Shown here piece after piece: positions 49,817 to 63,317 of a stretch of 64,000 bases of DNA. This stretch comes from Felis catus (lineage: Eukaryota), in contig NC_058368.1 of assembly GCF_018350175.1 (NCBI RefSeq), positions 216,692,001 through 216,756,000 on the forward strand, written 5' to 3'. The position numbers and the translations under genes are program-made. The notes beneath the pieces are model-generated. The model was not told where the DNA came from. It did not search any database and worked only from the letters and a program-made list of their open reading frames with translations. Positions within the stretch are counted from its first letter, which is position 1; every line of letters begins with the position of its first letter.

Positions 49817-50212
49817 AGTTTCTCAAAATATGCTCAACTGGAGAGGCTGCATCACAATCACCTGCGATTTGACAATGGACGATTCTAGGCCTCAAACCTA
49901 GATTTCCTTCATCTGAATGTCTGGAATTTGATCTTGATATTTGTGTTTTAAATGTTTATTTATTTAATTTGAGAAAGAGAGAGAGAGAGAGCAGAGGACT
50001 GGTAGGCAGAGAGAGAGAGTGGAAGAGAAAGAATTCCAATCTGTCAGCACAGAGCCTGACATGGGGCTTGAACTCACAAACTGTGAGATCATGACCTGAG
50101 GTGAAATCAAGAGTTGGATACTTAACCAACTGAGACACCAAGTGCTCCTTGATATTTGTATTCTAAAAAATCACCTTGGGGTTTTGGTCAGCATTAAAGT
50201 TTAGGGATGATA
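49817..50212. mobile_element. MER5A-like hAT element split by a SINE
   Basis: CAGTTTCTCAAA..GCATCACAATCACCTG..ATTCTAGGCCTC..TCTGAAT; ends TAAAGTTTAGGGA. Confidence 0.65.
49946..50147 (-). mobile_element. CanSINE
   Basis: TSD CTTGATATTTGT at 49933-49944 and 50148-50159. Confidence 0.93.
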
Positions 50213-51107
50213 GGATTGGAGGAAATGAGAGACCCGCCCCCCCCCCCAAATGATTTCTGGGTTCAGAAGATTCATGCAAAACTGATTTCTTAAATATGCT
50301 TCTTAGGTCAGAAAATAATCACCACAATGATTTTGGTAGTTCTGAAAATGTCACAAATTCTTTTGCAATTCTACAGAAGCAAAAGTGCCTATCTTTATGG
50401 GTTTGAGACAAACAGGAAAAATGATTCAAGAAAAAGATAGGTTTCTCCAGCTCTGGATGGCAGACAGAGAGAGTATTTAGACATTCTGGAAAGAGCTGGA
50501 CAAGGTTGCTGTAATTGAGAAAAGAAAATAAGTACAGAACTTTGGAAATTAGGGAAGTTACAGGCTTGCATTTCCACTGACTTGTCAATGTCAAAGAGAT
50601 AAGGTAGTAGAGTTGGGATAACATCTCCAAGAACCAAACACTATTTACACTGTGTTTCTGCAGGTTTTCTCGTAATTATCATGTTCTGATCAGCCAAAAA
50701 CACAAAGTGCTAGCATAGCCCCACCATTGATCTCTTTACATCTCTGCCTCGAAGACCTAACCCTATGAACTCCAGATGAGAAAACTTCTATTGTTCTCTG
50801 CCTGAGCTTACCCAACACCTTCTCTTCTTGTATCTGCTAACTAACCCTCAAACTTGAGGGCACCAGTTCCACTGAGGGTTTCCATTACGATGGCTGTTTA
50901 TTTCCCCCCACACCTGTCACTTTTACTGTAAGAGGTGGGATTTATATACTATTTGATCCATATATATCCAAAGAGATTTTTGGCGGTATTTTTTTCCTAA
51001 GAATTTCTAATATTTTGAGGTTTCTACCATTTCACAATGAGAGCAAGCATGCTCTCACTTTCCTTTTAGTTATTCTTAATTTATTGAATAATAATGGTAA
51101 ACAAGTA

Positions 51108-51191
51108 AAGGAAGGAAAGATGGAAGGAAGGATGGAAGGAAGGAAGGAAGGAAGGAAGGAAGGAAGGAAGGGAATAAAGGAGGGAGGGAAA
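51108..51191. repeat. (GGAA)n-type purine-rich repeat
   Basis: Direct reading; explains ORFs 51015-51340. Confidence 0.9.
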
Positions 51192-54061
51192 GAATTGCTA
51201 TTTGACTTAAAGTTGTCTTTTCTTTTCCATGTTTTATAACCCTCCAGGTAATTCCAGCATCCATGAAATAAACTGTCAAGCTCTTGGCCTTTCAGCAATT
51301 CAGATTTTCTATGTATAAAATTCTTTCTCATTGACTCCAATAATAAGATACAGCAAAACTCATAATCCCTTTTATCACTTATCTTGCTTCACCATCAAAA
51401 CTGCTCACACACACACCCCATTCCCTACATACAAACAGGATCCTTGCATCTTGTTTCATTCAATCTTCAATTGTTCTCCAAGCTCGTTCAGAATATTCTG
51501 CTTTCACTATAGTCATTCGCTTTTTAAGTCCCTCATTATTAATCTCAAATTTCTCGGTCCATCACTTCAAAAATAGCTTTCTATAAACCCCAACTTTCTA
51601 GTGCTCTGTCCTTTTGTTTCACAACTTGAACAATCCTCACATCCTAGCTGAATTTCACTGTCTGTTCTCTCCATTTCAGAATGAGAGCAGACTATGTGTT
51701 ACTCAAGGAAGTCACACAACAGAGAATGTGGACATGCGGGTTCATACATGTTATGTAAGCAAGAGATAATCTCTGTAATCTTATTAATATTCTCTGATGA
51801 ATACATTCTCCCATAATCCCCCTTTTATCACTGCTGTGTACATGGAAAATAGAGTTTGATTGAAATTTACCCATTTCACAGATACTAAGTATCTCTTTTT
51901 CTTTTCCAGTTGTTAAAACAAAGATAGCCCTATTTCTATTCAAATATCTTCCAAGTATTTTAGACTCCATCTGTACCAAGTTTTTTACTTTATCATCTAA
52001 TATATATTGAAACTCTCCCAGACTGCTAGATCTTTCTCACATGTATATGTTTTAATATATGTTTTAGTATATATGTAGCATTTCTTTCAACAACAAAGGT
52101 CACAAGGATACCTATGAGGATCTTCTTACCTATGTCTCTATTTAATAATCTTGAAATATATTGCTCAACTCATGATTTTATCCCGCATGGTCTCCTGACT
52201 AAAATTAGCAAAAAGTTCATCCTGTCATTAGAATCTAGATTGTGAACCAGCCCTGAGGATTATTATTAGAAATATAAGACAAAATGAAAATTCAAGACAA
52301 TGTTAAATAATTATATAACATTTACTGTATGTTGCTGTTATACCAACTGATGTGTATGGACTATCTAATTCCATCCTCACCACAAATTATTTTTATTATA
52401 TCCTCAAGTAAATTTCATTTTTAATGGAAAGTGGCAAAAGAAAACAAAGAGATTCTTGAGGATATGCGATATCAAAAAGGAATGAGTAGTGAAACCAGAG
52501 TGAAGGTGGTAAGGAAGATTGGTAAACCTTTAATTAAACTATTAACAATGTTATAAAGGTCCTATTGTATATTGTATATAATACTTTCTTGAGAAAAAAT
52601 AAAGTGGAAAAATATTCTAAATTTTTCACTGTGTAATGCAAATAGAAATAGATTTTGAACTGACTTAATGGCATTGAAATCTTGTGCCAATAGCATCTCA
52701 AATTTCATCATCATTGCTATTATTACTCTAAAAATTATTTTTTTAAGAATGCCCAAACTTTTACGTAACATTGTACTTCTAAACTTTTTTTTTTTATCGC
52801 CAACATAGTGCATATTGACTCTGTACGATTTAAGAGTATTTTGCTTTGTTGTTGTAAGGAAATAGGTAAACTAAATATTCTTTTCCATAACATTTTTAAA
52901 AGGGGAACCAATCTATAAAATTAAAAGAAAACATTTGCAAAATTGCAGTTTCTCTTATCTTAATGATTATTACAAGCTTATATACATCATCGCAGCTTTA
53001 AGTACCTAAACTTTCTAAAACTAATTTAGACTCTTTTAGTAATATGCATACTGAGTAAGAACAATGTTCACTGAATGTTCTATGAATTAGAAATCAGTGC
53101 TGCAGAGATTGTGCTCAAAAACATAAGCAGCCATAGAAACAGCTGGAAAAAAATTATGCTTATCCAGCCTTATGAAATGTAGTTTAAAGTGAAAGAAATG
53201 AGGAAAATGTTATTCATAATTTCTTTTAGACACAAAAGAATCATAAAAAGGCCTCCCAGAGGACCACTGCAGTCAAGTCCCCCTAATGCTAAAGAATAGA
53301 ATCCACAAAAAGTCTGTGAGAATATAATAACGTGACTTGTCAAAACTGGACTTGTTTTTAGTCCTTATAATTTGGAAGAAAAAAGTAAAGGCCTTGTTCT
53401 GAAATACAGAGCAAAATTAAAGTTATAATTATACAAAAGACCACATAGTGGCAGCTGCAAAATGCCTTATATTACTCCCGAACTTCAATTCCCAGAATTA
53501 ATCCTGATCTTATTGACTGCCTTATTAGCTGCTGTAAATAGCAAAGCAAAGTGTGTTTGTGGGAGGAAGTTGGAGGTTCTGAGTATAGGATGACAAATGA
53601 CATTGTGATAATGTATTCTCCCCATCCTGAATGATATATTCAATTCCCAAATATACGAAAAAGCGTATCAAAAATATTGATAATAATATCAGCAGTTTAT
53701 TACTTTCATAATTAAACTTGATGTATTTGATATTTTTTAATTTTACATGGGCAAGGAGCATCTGTTCTGCTGATTTGTTAAAGAACACAGAATATAATAT
53801 AATCATTGCAATTTTCTCCCCTAGTAATTCTACCCTAATTTTTCCTGTATTAAACTAGCTGTTCTTTGCTTTTCAGTTACACAATGTCAGTTGCTCACAA
53901 CTATTTATTATGGCCTCGCCAAAAACCCAATATTTTCATTCAGCGTGTGTTATTCTATCATCTGAAATTATGCAATTTGGCACACTCACTTGTTTTTCTC
54001 TCTGCTTTGGATCTCTCAGAATTTTGCATAGTGGATATTTTAAATAAGTTTCTAATATGTA

Positions 54062-54265
54062 TTTTTTTAAGTTTTTATTTATCGATTTTGAGAGAAAGGG
54101 AGAGCACGAGAGAGGGAGGGGCAGAGAGAGGAAAGAGAATCCCAGGCAGGCTCTGCACTGCCCGCGGAGCCTGATGCAGAGCTTGAACTCACCAACCTTG
54201 TGAGATCATGACCTGAGTGGAAATCAAGAGTCAGAGCTTAACTGACTAAGCCACCCAGATGTCCC
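54062..54265 (-). mobile_element. CanSINE
   Basis: Antisense body with poly-T. Confidence 0.9.
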
Positions 54266-54269
54266 ACAA

Positions 54270-54480
54270 TTCTCAGATCTATCCTGTACCCTGCAGTCCA
54301 ATTTCTTCTATCCATTTGCATGCATAATCTTTCCCTTGCATTTCTAACAGTATTTTAAACCTAACAAGTTACAAACCTAAATCTTTTTTCCCCCCTAGAA
54401 CACGATACAGCGTATGCCCAGTTCTCCATTTCAGTAAATGTCATCACCAGCCATCCAACTGCTTCATCCTGAAACATTGT
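54270..54480 (+). mobile_element. L2 fragment
   Basis: CATTTCTAACAG..AAACCTAACA..CCATTTCAGTAAATG..CCATCCAACTGCT. Confidence 0.55.
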
Positions 54481-54514
54481 TTCTCCTTATTTATTCCTCT
54501 TCTCAAGATAAAGG

Positions 54515-54553
<39 letters not shown>
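54515..54553. repeat. (CA)n microsatellite
   Basis: Direct reading. Confidence 0.95.
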
Positions 54554-54557
<4 letters not shown>

Positions 54558-54920
54558 TATACAGTTTGGAAAGGAAGAAGTAATGTTACTATTTTTATTC
54601 TCAGAGTATTTGATCACCTATAGAGAAAACTTTTTCAAAAAACAGTAAGTTTGTTTACAACATTTGTAGGATAGAAAATCACTTTAAAAATAAAATTCAT
54701 TTCCATGTAATGTAAAGTACGTTTAGGGATTGAAAATTATGCTACCATTTATTCTGATAAATTATGATATATTTATGTGAGATCTTTACACACAAAATGG
54801 GAAAAAAACACATTGATGAGAAAAATTAAAGAAAATCTAACATTTTAAAAAGTACTATATTATGTTCTTATAATTAAAAAACAAAAAACAAACAAACAAC
54901 AAAAAAAAAAAAACCACCTC

Positions 54921-55190
54921 GGGGCACCTGGGTGGCTCAGACAGTTAAGTGTCCAGCTCCGTTCAGGTCGTGATTTCACAGTTGGTGAGTTCTAGCCCCA
55001 TGTCTGACTGTCTACCGTCAGCACAGAGACTGCTTCGGATACTCTGTCTCCCTCTCTCTCTGCCCCTCCCCAACTCATGCTCTTCTGCTCCTGCACCCTA
55101 CACACATGAACCCATGAGCTCACTCTCTCCCTTTCTCTCCAAGTATAAATACAGTGGAAAATTAAAAAAAAAAAAAACACAAAAAAACAA
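54921..55190 (+). mobile_element. CanSINE with atypical (CT) region
   Basis: GGGGCACCTGGGTGGCTCAG head; AAACC(A)CCTC-like flanking repeat. Confidence 0.9.
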
Positions 55191-55839
55191 ACCCTCAGTA
55201 TAGTTACATGATACTTCTCTCCCAAAACAATCTGTAGATTCAGGGCTATCCACATCATAATCCTAGCAAGCAGGGTTTTTTAATCTTTGTCACAAATTGA
55301 GGAACTATTTCCAAAATCCATTCATAAATGCAAAGAACATAGAACAGCCAAAACTATTACCAAACAACAACAACAACAACAACAAAGAGAGAGAAAAGAA
55401 AAACAAATTTGGAGACTGTATACCTTACTCTTTGACTTCATGCTTACTATTAAGTTACAGTCATTAAAAACACATGGTATTAACATCAAGATTGACAAAT
55501 AGATCAATAGGACAGGATTTCATAAATAGAGCAACAAAAATAAGATTGATTATCAATTCATTAAAGAAAGGACAGTCACTTCCACCTATAGTTCTAGAAC
55601 AACTGGGAAGGTACATGATGATAAATAAACTTGAATCCATAATTTGTATCTCGTAAAAATTAACTCAGTTTATCATAGACATAAATTTAAAACTCTAGAT
55701 GTGGAAGAGGAAAGCAGAAGGGAAAATCACTTTAACTTTAGGTTAGGCAATGATTGTTTTGCAAATAATATCCAAAAAACCCCAAAACTTCATAAAAGAA
55801 TAAATTGATAAAATTGGTTTTATCAAGTAAGGACTGCTG

Positions 55840-56088
55840 GTTTTTTGTTGTTTTTTTTTTTTTAATTTTTTTTTAAATTTATTTTTCAACGTTTATTTAT
55901 TTTTGGGACAGAGAGAGACAGAGCATGAACGGGGGAGGGGCAGAGAGAGAGGGAGACACAGAATCGGAAACAGGCTCCAGGCTCCGAGCCATCAGCCCAG
56001 AGCCCGACGCGGGGCTCGAACTCACGGGCCGCGAGATCGTGACCTGGCTGAAGTTGGACGCTTAACCGACTGCGCCACCCAGGCGCCC
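55840..56088 (-). mobile_element. Young CanSINE
   Basis: CpG-rich with a long T tail; TSD AGGACTGCTG at 55830-55839 and 56089-56098. Confidence 0.97.
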
Positions 56089-57005
56089 AGGACTGCTGTT
56101 TTAAATACACTGTGAAAAAATGCAATAATCAGTTTGGGGAAAATATTAGAAAACATATATCTGGCTCAAGCTTGTACCCAGAATCCATAAGGAACCTTTG
56201 AAATTAAATCATAAGACAACAACCATTTTAAAAATGGAACAAATAATTCAAACAGAGAGTTCATCAACGAAGACATGTATGCATGACAAACACATAAAAA
56301 GACGCTCAGCACCACTAGTCACTAAAAGATATTCAAATTGAATCAACAATAAGATAAAAATATTAACTGTTAGAACAGCTGAAGTTAGACTAACTTTAAC
56401 AATTGTTGCAGAGGAAGCAGTTTTCAAAGCCTGCCTATTTGAGGTGAATTTCCTATTATATTGAAATTGTTCCAACCGATACCAGTTAGAAGCTACTCTA
56501 GTGAAGTATACGCTTTGAAATTATCTTTATAACTCACAATTCTCATTTCCTTATGAGGCAGGTGATCTTTTAGGAAAAGCTTGCATGAGAAATAGGTCTA
56601 GAGGTAAAAGTTTGTGACACTGAAGTCTGTAACAACAGAGGAGTCTATAGAAACCCTAAATATAGCATTGGTGATGATATGAAGTTCACGGGGCTGAAGA
56701 TTTAGGTAGGTAATTTTTTCATGGCAAGAAAATATAACACTATTTGAAGATCAGATAATCCTCTTGAAAGAGATTAGTTTAGGAGCTTCAAAGAAAAAAA
56801 GAAGGAACCAGTAGGTGAAAAATGACAGATGCTGGAAAACCAGTTTCATTGACTCACCACTTATTCAATCATTTAGCAACCATCTTGAATGACTTGTGAC
56901 TAGTATTGCTTATTGTGCTGAGGATACCACATGAAATAAAGTTGAACACTTTTGCCCTCATAGACTTAGGTTAAATAACTTTCCCATGATAAAAACAGCA
57001 CACAG

Positions 57006-57230
57006 GGGTACGTGGGTGGCTCAGTCTGTTGAGCTTCTGACTTCAGCTCAGGTCATGATCTCATGGTTCATGGGTTCGAGTCCCACATCGGGCTCTTTGC
57101 TGGCAGCTCAGGGCCTGGAGCTTGCTTCAGATTCTGTTTCTCCCTCTCTCTCTATCCCTCCCACTTTTGTTGTCTCTCTCCCTCGCTTTCCCTCTCTCTC
57201 AAAAGTGAATAAACATAAAAAAAAAAAAAA
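57006..57230 (+). mobile_element. CanSINE
   Basis: Full element; CACACAGG on both sides. Confidence 0.92.
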
Positions 57231-58062
57231 CCCACACAGGTTGTCTGTCATTATGCAGACCCTTTTACTGAATAAACTGTAATTTTATGAGGCACCTATA
57301 ATAAACATTGTCTTGCACTATTCAACTAAATTATATCGCTAACTGTTTATGAATGACTATTAAACATGGATTTGCATTCTCGTCTGACTACAAAATCTTG
57401 GAATGTATTTTCAACAACATAAAGCCATATCTTATTGAGAAACAATATGCATTTCATTCAGGCAGATGAGACACTGTACTTTGGAAACATATGTTTCCAG
57501 GTTTAACAGGAAGCAGCGCTACAGCCAATGGCCAATGGCTACTAAAGCATGGGGCCCCTGAGGTATTCAGTTATATTTTATATCAAAATGTGGATTACAT
57601 CAACAAAGGGTGCCAGTCCAAGAAGTAGTCCAAAATGCTGTTTATCGTGACTTAATAGACAATCGAAACATTGCAGAAACTATCTTGCTTCGCATAATTT
57701 CATGCTGACCAGCCACTATGATTCCATAAAATCTACACTCTCAAATCATGTCTGGGTGGTTGGAAGCAGTGAAGTTTGGTGAAGGAATGGATGGTGAATG
57801 ATGGTGCCCCATACTCCTCTGCGTGGTGAGGCTCTTCTTTCTCAGCACGATACTTTTGGTAGAACTCCTTTGTCTGAATCTGTTACTTGGGAAGAAGCCA
57901 TTAAATTCAAGAACTAAGTGAAGATATTATCACAAATATTATAGTACATAGGGGGTTTATTCTCTGATAAAAGAGCAGGACTGATAGGCATACAACGCAT
58001 TAGCACAAAATTCATCTGTAAGCCGCGAGAAAGATGATATCCCTAAGAAAATGATAACATAT

Positions 58063-58267
58063 GGGGCGCCTGGGTGGCGCAGTCGGTTGAGCGTCCGACT
58101 TCAGCCAGGTCACGATCTCGCGGCCCGTGAGTTCGAGCCCCGCGTCAGGCTCTGGGCTGACGGCTCGGAGCCTGGAGCCTGTTTCCGATTCTGTGTCTCC
58201 CTCTCTCTCTGCCCCTCCCCCGTTCATGCTCTGTCTCTCTCTGTCCCAAAAATAAATAAATAAAAAA
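58063..58267 (+). mobile_element. Young CanSINE
   Basis: TSD AAAATGATAACAT at 58048-58060 and 58268-58280. Confidence 0.97.
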
Positions 58268-58671
58268 AAAATGATAACATGTATTACAAGCAACACAAAC
58301 TAAAATTATACGAGAAAGAGGGAAAACGAAGTTGCTTTCAGGGAAAACAGAATGAGAGCACAAATTGAAGAGGTGGATTAAAATCTAGCATTTTAATTGT
58401 ATAAACCAGGAGGACATATTTGAGAAAAGAAGATTGTGATTAATGCTAATAAAACTGTTGTTTGTGGATAGAAACAGCGCCTGTCGCTCTTACAAAGCTC
58501 TCATTAGAGGCAAAACAACATACTAAACTCGGCACCACAGAATTTCTAATCTATATGTATTTTTTTCACCAACCAAAATATTTTATTGGATTCATTATTT
58601 GTTCAGCTATAAAAGACTCCAGAAAAACTAGTTTCAAGACAAAACTTTCAGGAGATTGTATGTCTAGTTCC

Positions 58672-58778
58672 TAAAAATAAAATAAAGTAAAATAAAATAA
58701 AATAAAATAAAATAAAATAAAATAGTAAAATAAAGTAAAATAAAGTAAAATAAAATAAAATAAAATAAAATAAAATAA
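58672..58778. repeat. (TAAAA)n pentanucleotide repeat
   Basis: Direct reading; explains the FILFY-repeat ORFs. Confidence 0.95.
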
Positions 58779-59582
58779 GTTTTCTGCAGAAAATGATGTT
58801 GAAAATTCCGGGCCTGAGCAATTTTGTTCTTAAAGATAAAATGAAATTGTAACATTTGTCTGGATTAGGAAGTCTCTGCTTAGCTTTCATGGAAGTCTTA
58901 ACATAAGGAAACCATATAAACTAGCACATTCAGAGATGAGAAAGGGATATTCCTAAAACAATTGGATTAAGACCTATTGTAGGTTAAAACTAGATTTCCC
59001 CTCATGCTAAAATTGTATCCCTCTTCTGGATTAGTCATTTCCCTAGCAGGAAACTGGATATCATTTTAATTTACATCTTTCAGCACAAAGGTGCTAAGGG
59101 ATGAGATTTTTACCCGGACTATAAAATTTCACATCATGAGGACTGAATAATTTACCTGAGTGAAATGTACACTATTTCTCAATAAGATATGGTGCTGTGC
59201 TGTTGAAAATATATTCTAAGATTCTATAGTCAAACACGGATGCAAATCCACATTTAATAGCCATTCTTAAACAGCAGCACAATCTGGTTGATTTGTGCAA
59301 GATAATGTTGGATATAGGTGAACTCATAAAATTGCAGTAATAAGTATCAAATGCATTTTGGAAAGTGAAAAACTGATGGATGGTACTGTTGTGTCTAAAT
59401 TGTCTTACGTTTAGAAGTTTTACATTTTTGCATTATTTATTTAGTAAATGCCCTAATTACCTATGATAAAATCAAGACAATCCTGATTTTCTACTATAGA
59501 TTTGACATTACATTACAATTAAATTAAAAAATAAACATCCCACACCTAACCTAAGTAGTCACATACGATTGATGAACATTGC

Positions 59583-59767
59583 TTTTATTTTTTTGAGAGA
59601 GAAACAGCGTGTGAGAGGAGCAGGGGCAGAGAAAGGGAGACAGAGGATCTGACATGGGCTCTGTGCTGACAGCAGAGATCCCGATGCAGGGCTCAAACTC
59701 ACAAACCATGAGATCATGACATGAGCCAAAGTCGGATGCTTAATCGACTTAGCCATCCAGGCGCCCC
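59583..59767 (-). mobile_element. CanSINE
   Basis: Antisense body ending AGCCATCCAGGCGCCCC. Confidence 0.92.
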
Positions 59768-62700
59768 TGACTGGCAAACATTTGATGGATTATGTCAACA
59801 TTTCTAAGGCTCAAATGCTATTTAGTAATATTGTTTTTAAATTTGCTTAACGAGATTAAAAGAACTTGACTCAGTGATTGTTTTTGTATATTCATCACCT
59901 CATTCATTCCAATGAGAACGCAGAAGTATTGTGTTGAGAACCAAAAACCTAGGCAAAGTGTTTGTTCATAAGAAACCTGTTGTATTTTAAGTGGAGAGAA
60001 GCAAGCCTTGTATATTTTTTAAACATAATAAGAAAAATTCATATAAAAATATGAAATGCACAATAAAGATGACAACATAGAACAGGATAACGCGACGAAG
60101 ACAGGAGGCTGGGGGAGGAAACCTCTTTCATTGGTTATTCAGGAAAAGCAGTTTCTGAGAACTTAACCATTTATTTGCTCACAGGGAGCCAACCTTGAGA
60201 CAACAAGGCAAACATCTGGAGGCCTGGTTCAAGGAAATGCCTAAGGGGGAAAGAGCAGCCTGGCCCTGACTGTAACAGAACCTAAAGGCAGTAGTCAGGG
60301 TTTCTGGGTCAAGAATGGACAAACTGGAAAAAAAAACTCCAGACTAAAGAAAACCGCTTACTGTGCGTAGAAGATCTAAGAGGAATCAAGAATCAGAATC
60401 TAGAAAGTTTCAGCTATTAAAGGCTGAACTCACTTTAACATTAAGCAGAGAATGAGGGCAAGCTACCTATCCAAGATTAGCATAAATATTTATTCAAGTG
60501 GAAAGTAGAAACCTAGAAATTAGGAATAAAATTAAACTCTCCTCTGCAATGCTGGAAGGGATATAAAAGACATGCGAGGAAAACAAAACTGAAAAAAAAA
60601 AAAAAACAAGTAGGCAAAGAGATAGCATTTCTGTAGATCTTATTTCAAATAGCAGCATACACACAAACATAGAACAATTTAGAACATAAAAAAAAACCAT
60701 CTAGACTATCCAATTGGCAGAATTGATCTTTTTACATATTCTGATAATTCCTTTGGTCTATATTATTTGTTCGTTTTTTTGTTTGTTTGTTTTTCAAATC
60801 AAGCTAGAATTTTACAACAATGTAACTGTTTGGAAATCAGAAATTCTTAGTGTATATGTTTACTTCAAATAATGGGACAAGATTGTTACCTTCTCTGTCA
60901 ATCGGAGACTTTAATCTCCATCTAGCAAATCATTTATATCAGTGTATTTCGGTCCCAACCTACATCCACAATAGGGGGACAAGTATTAGAGATAATACAC
61001 AGATGTATATTAGGAGAATCATTTTGCTTTTTAGAATTCCACAATATGCCCAAGAACTTAGACTCTAAAGGCAGGGAATGATCATTTTACCATTAATACA
61101 TCATTAAATGTGTAAAAGCTTCAAAACACTTTTGGTGAAGAAAATGGTTTCTTTCTAATAAAAAAATATTTAAAATCATCTGATCTTGTATAAAATTAAA
61201 CATAAACTTTGGAAATATTGGTTATAGCACCACCAAATTATATGCTATATAAATGGCTTTAAAGGCAAAGTAACAGCATAATTTGGAAAAATAAGGAATT
61301 TTTTTCCTAAGGCTTTACAGGAATATAAAAGTCTCTACCTCTGTCAATGATATTTTATATGTCACCAATAAAAAAACAAATATTTTCTAAGCATTGGGAG
61401 GCATTGTATTTATGGGTTAGGCCTTGAATTCTTGACAGATTTGTGACCATTTGGGGCAGGAAATCATTGGGTCATTTTCTCCTCTATAAACAAGTAAACA
61501 TCTATTGCAACTGATCACCAGGCTTTAGTGGATGTTATAGATGAAATTCTAATAATTTAAATGGTTAAATGACTGCAACATATTACTGGAATCACATTTT
61601 AATCGGCTGTATAAGAAATATATGACAGCAACCAGAAACAACACCATTCGTGAAGAAATTTTCTTGACGTATGTGTAAGTTTCATCTCTCGCTGAGGGAA
61701 TCATGAAGTTGTCCGTCATATTTAGCATCATATAGTATGAGGATGTTGATCCTGCTCTAGCAGTGTTCTTCTAATTACCTTGGTTAGTCAGCTGTTGTTA
61801 TTTTGCTCAATCAATGGGCACTTCTGTAGTTAACTTGTTATTGTTACTGTTATTGAGGTTATTATTACTGTTATTGTTGTTCTATACTGTGCTCTTACCA
61901 TAAGCCAGAAAGCTTTCCATGCATTCCATCAGATTGCACATACCATGAAACCAGACTACGTATCTGTCTTTTACAGAGTCCAAGTTTATGTCATTAATCT
62001 GTGTTGCCTCTTCCTGTAAAGCATGTATGTGTTCAGAGTATTTCACCTGGATACAGGTGATGTTACATACAGAGGAACACATAATAGCTACAAAACCTAG
62101 AAAACCGCTACTGTATTAGCTCTCTCTCCCCCATCCCAGAGGGAAAAAAAAGGGTCTTATGTTGTAGGACAATGCTCAGAGCAGAATGATAGCTCCAAGG
62201 ATAATATCCAGCTTCTCGGGGTTCAGAAAACAAATAAACAAAAATGCACTTGCAGAGGACTTTGATGAAATAAAGCCTCTGCATTAATATATTGTTGAAA
62301 GATATACTTGGAGTAAACTTTGAATATTTACGGGATCCAGTTAATAGAGGACCACCACTGGAGAAGTGAACATTTCATCAAAGTAGAACCTGAGAAAAAT
62401 ACACTAAGTCATATGAAAGGAGATCAAAAGACAGAAATTCAAGTGAGACAGTCAACCAGTATATAAGAAATGCATAATATATGTGAGAAAATCCCCCTGG
62501 AAATTGTAGCAATTCAAAGGAAGAAAAATCTCTCTAGTTGTCAAGGAAATGCATAATTGGATCAACAATGGCCTGTAACTATACAATTGAGAGTAATCAG
62601 GAAAAGTTAAGAGACCAGCAAGACCCAATGCTATGGATGGAAATGAGGAGAATAATCTCATAGATAATGGTAGAAATATAAACGGTTATAGCTTTCTTTT

Positions 62701-63007
62701 GAAACAATTTGAAAAAATGCATAATATGAACACATACATATGCAAATACAAGTTTGTGTATATATATACATATATACATATATATACACACAGATGTGTG
62801 CAGCAGTGTGTGGTAGAAATATATTTCATATCAGTGTTGTAAATGATCGACTATATTAATAAATGGTGAATGTATGCCCCAGAACATCATGCAGATATTA
62901 TATACTTGGGACACATGGAAAACTGTCTATTACATGTTATGAACTGAAAAAATTGTACATAATAAAATCCCCTAAAATGAGTGAGAACAACTTTCCAGTA
63001 TGTGTGA

Positions 63008-63010
63008 TTT

Positions 63011-63057
<47 letters not shown>
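63008..63057. repeat. (TTTC)n microsatellite
   Basis: Direct reading. Confidence 0.95.
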
Positions 63058-63110
63058 AATGATGACGATGAACATGAAAAGGTTTGGGATACCACAGAAA
63101 TGACTTTTAA

Positions 63111-63317
63111 TTTTTTTTTCAACGTTTATTTATTTTTTGGACAGAGAGAGACAGAGCATGAACGGGGGAGGGGCAGAGAGAGAGGGAGACACAGAATCGG
63201 AAACAGGCTCCAGGCTCTGACAGCCCAGAGCCTGACGCGGGGCTCGAACTCACGGACCGCGAGATCGTGACCTGGCTGAAGTCGGACGCTTAACCGACTG
63301 CGCCACCCAGGCGCCCC
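63111..63317 (-). mobile_element. Young CanSINE with 16-bp TSD and a 5-bp internal deletion
   Basis: CAGAAATGACTTTTAA at 63095-63110 and 63318-63333; CTCTGA^CAGCCC lacks GCCAT. Confidence 0.97.

Larger units (their letters stand above)
54555..56470 (+). mobile_element. Decayed L1M ORF2 (RT to C-terminal region), interrupted by two SINEs
   Basis: CCCAAAACAATCTGTAGATTC (LPK.IYRF-like), CATGGTATTAACATCAAG..GACAAAT, AAAACATATATCTG..CTTGTACCCAGAAT. Confidence 0.75.

Noticed and set aside
50230..50900. Possible old LTR or other ancient repeat (also around 27950-28260 and 19200-19700)
   Set aside because: I could not match termini or diagnostic motifs with confidence; it needs a Dfam search.
57560..57710. 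Protein-like stretch VPVQEVVQNAVYRDLIDNRNIAETILLRIISC and tandem CCAAT at about 57525
   Set aside because: Bounded by stops within about 48 codons, with no start or splice support and no recognised homology.
58648..58890. Hydrophobic FILFY-repeat ORFs resembling membrane peptides
   Set aside because: Translation of the (TAAAA)n repeat.
2862..63270. Recurring ORFs such as 'MAQSVKRLTSAQVMIS..' and 'GQRETEHERGRGRERG..' resembling a multicopy gene family
   Set aside because: They are translations of CanSINE bodies in various frames.
606..63317. tRNA-like A/B-box sequences
   Set aside because: All are tRNA-derived SINE heads followed by (CT)n and A-tails; none is a free-standing tRNA gene.
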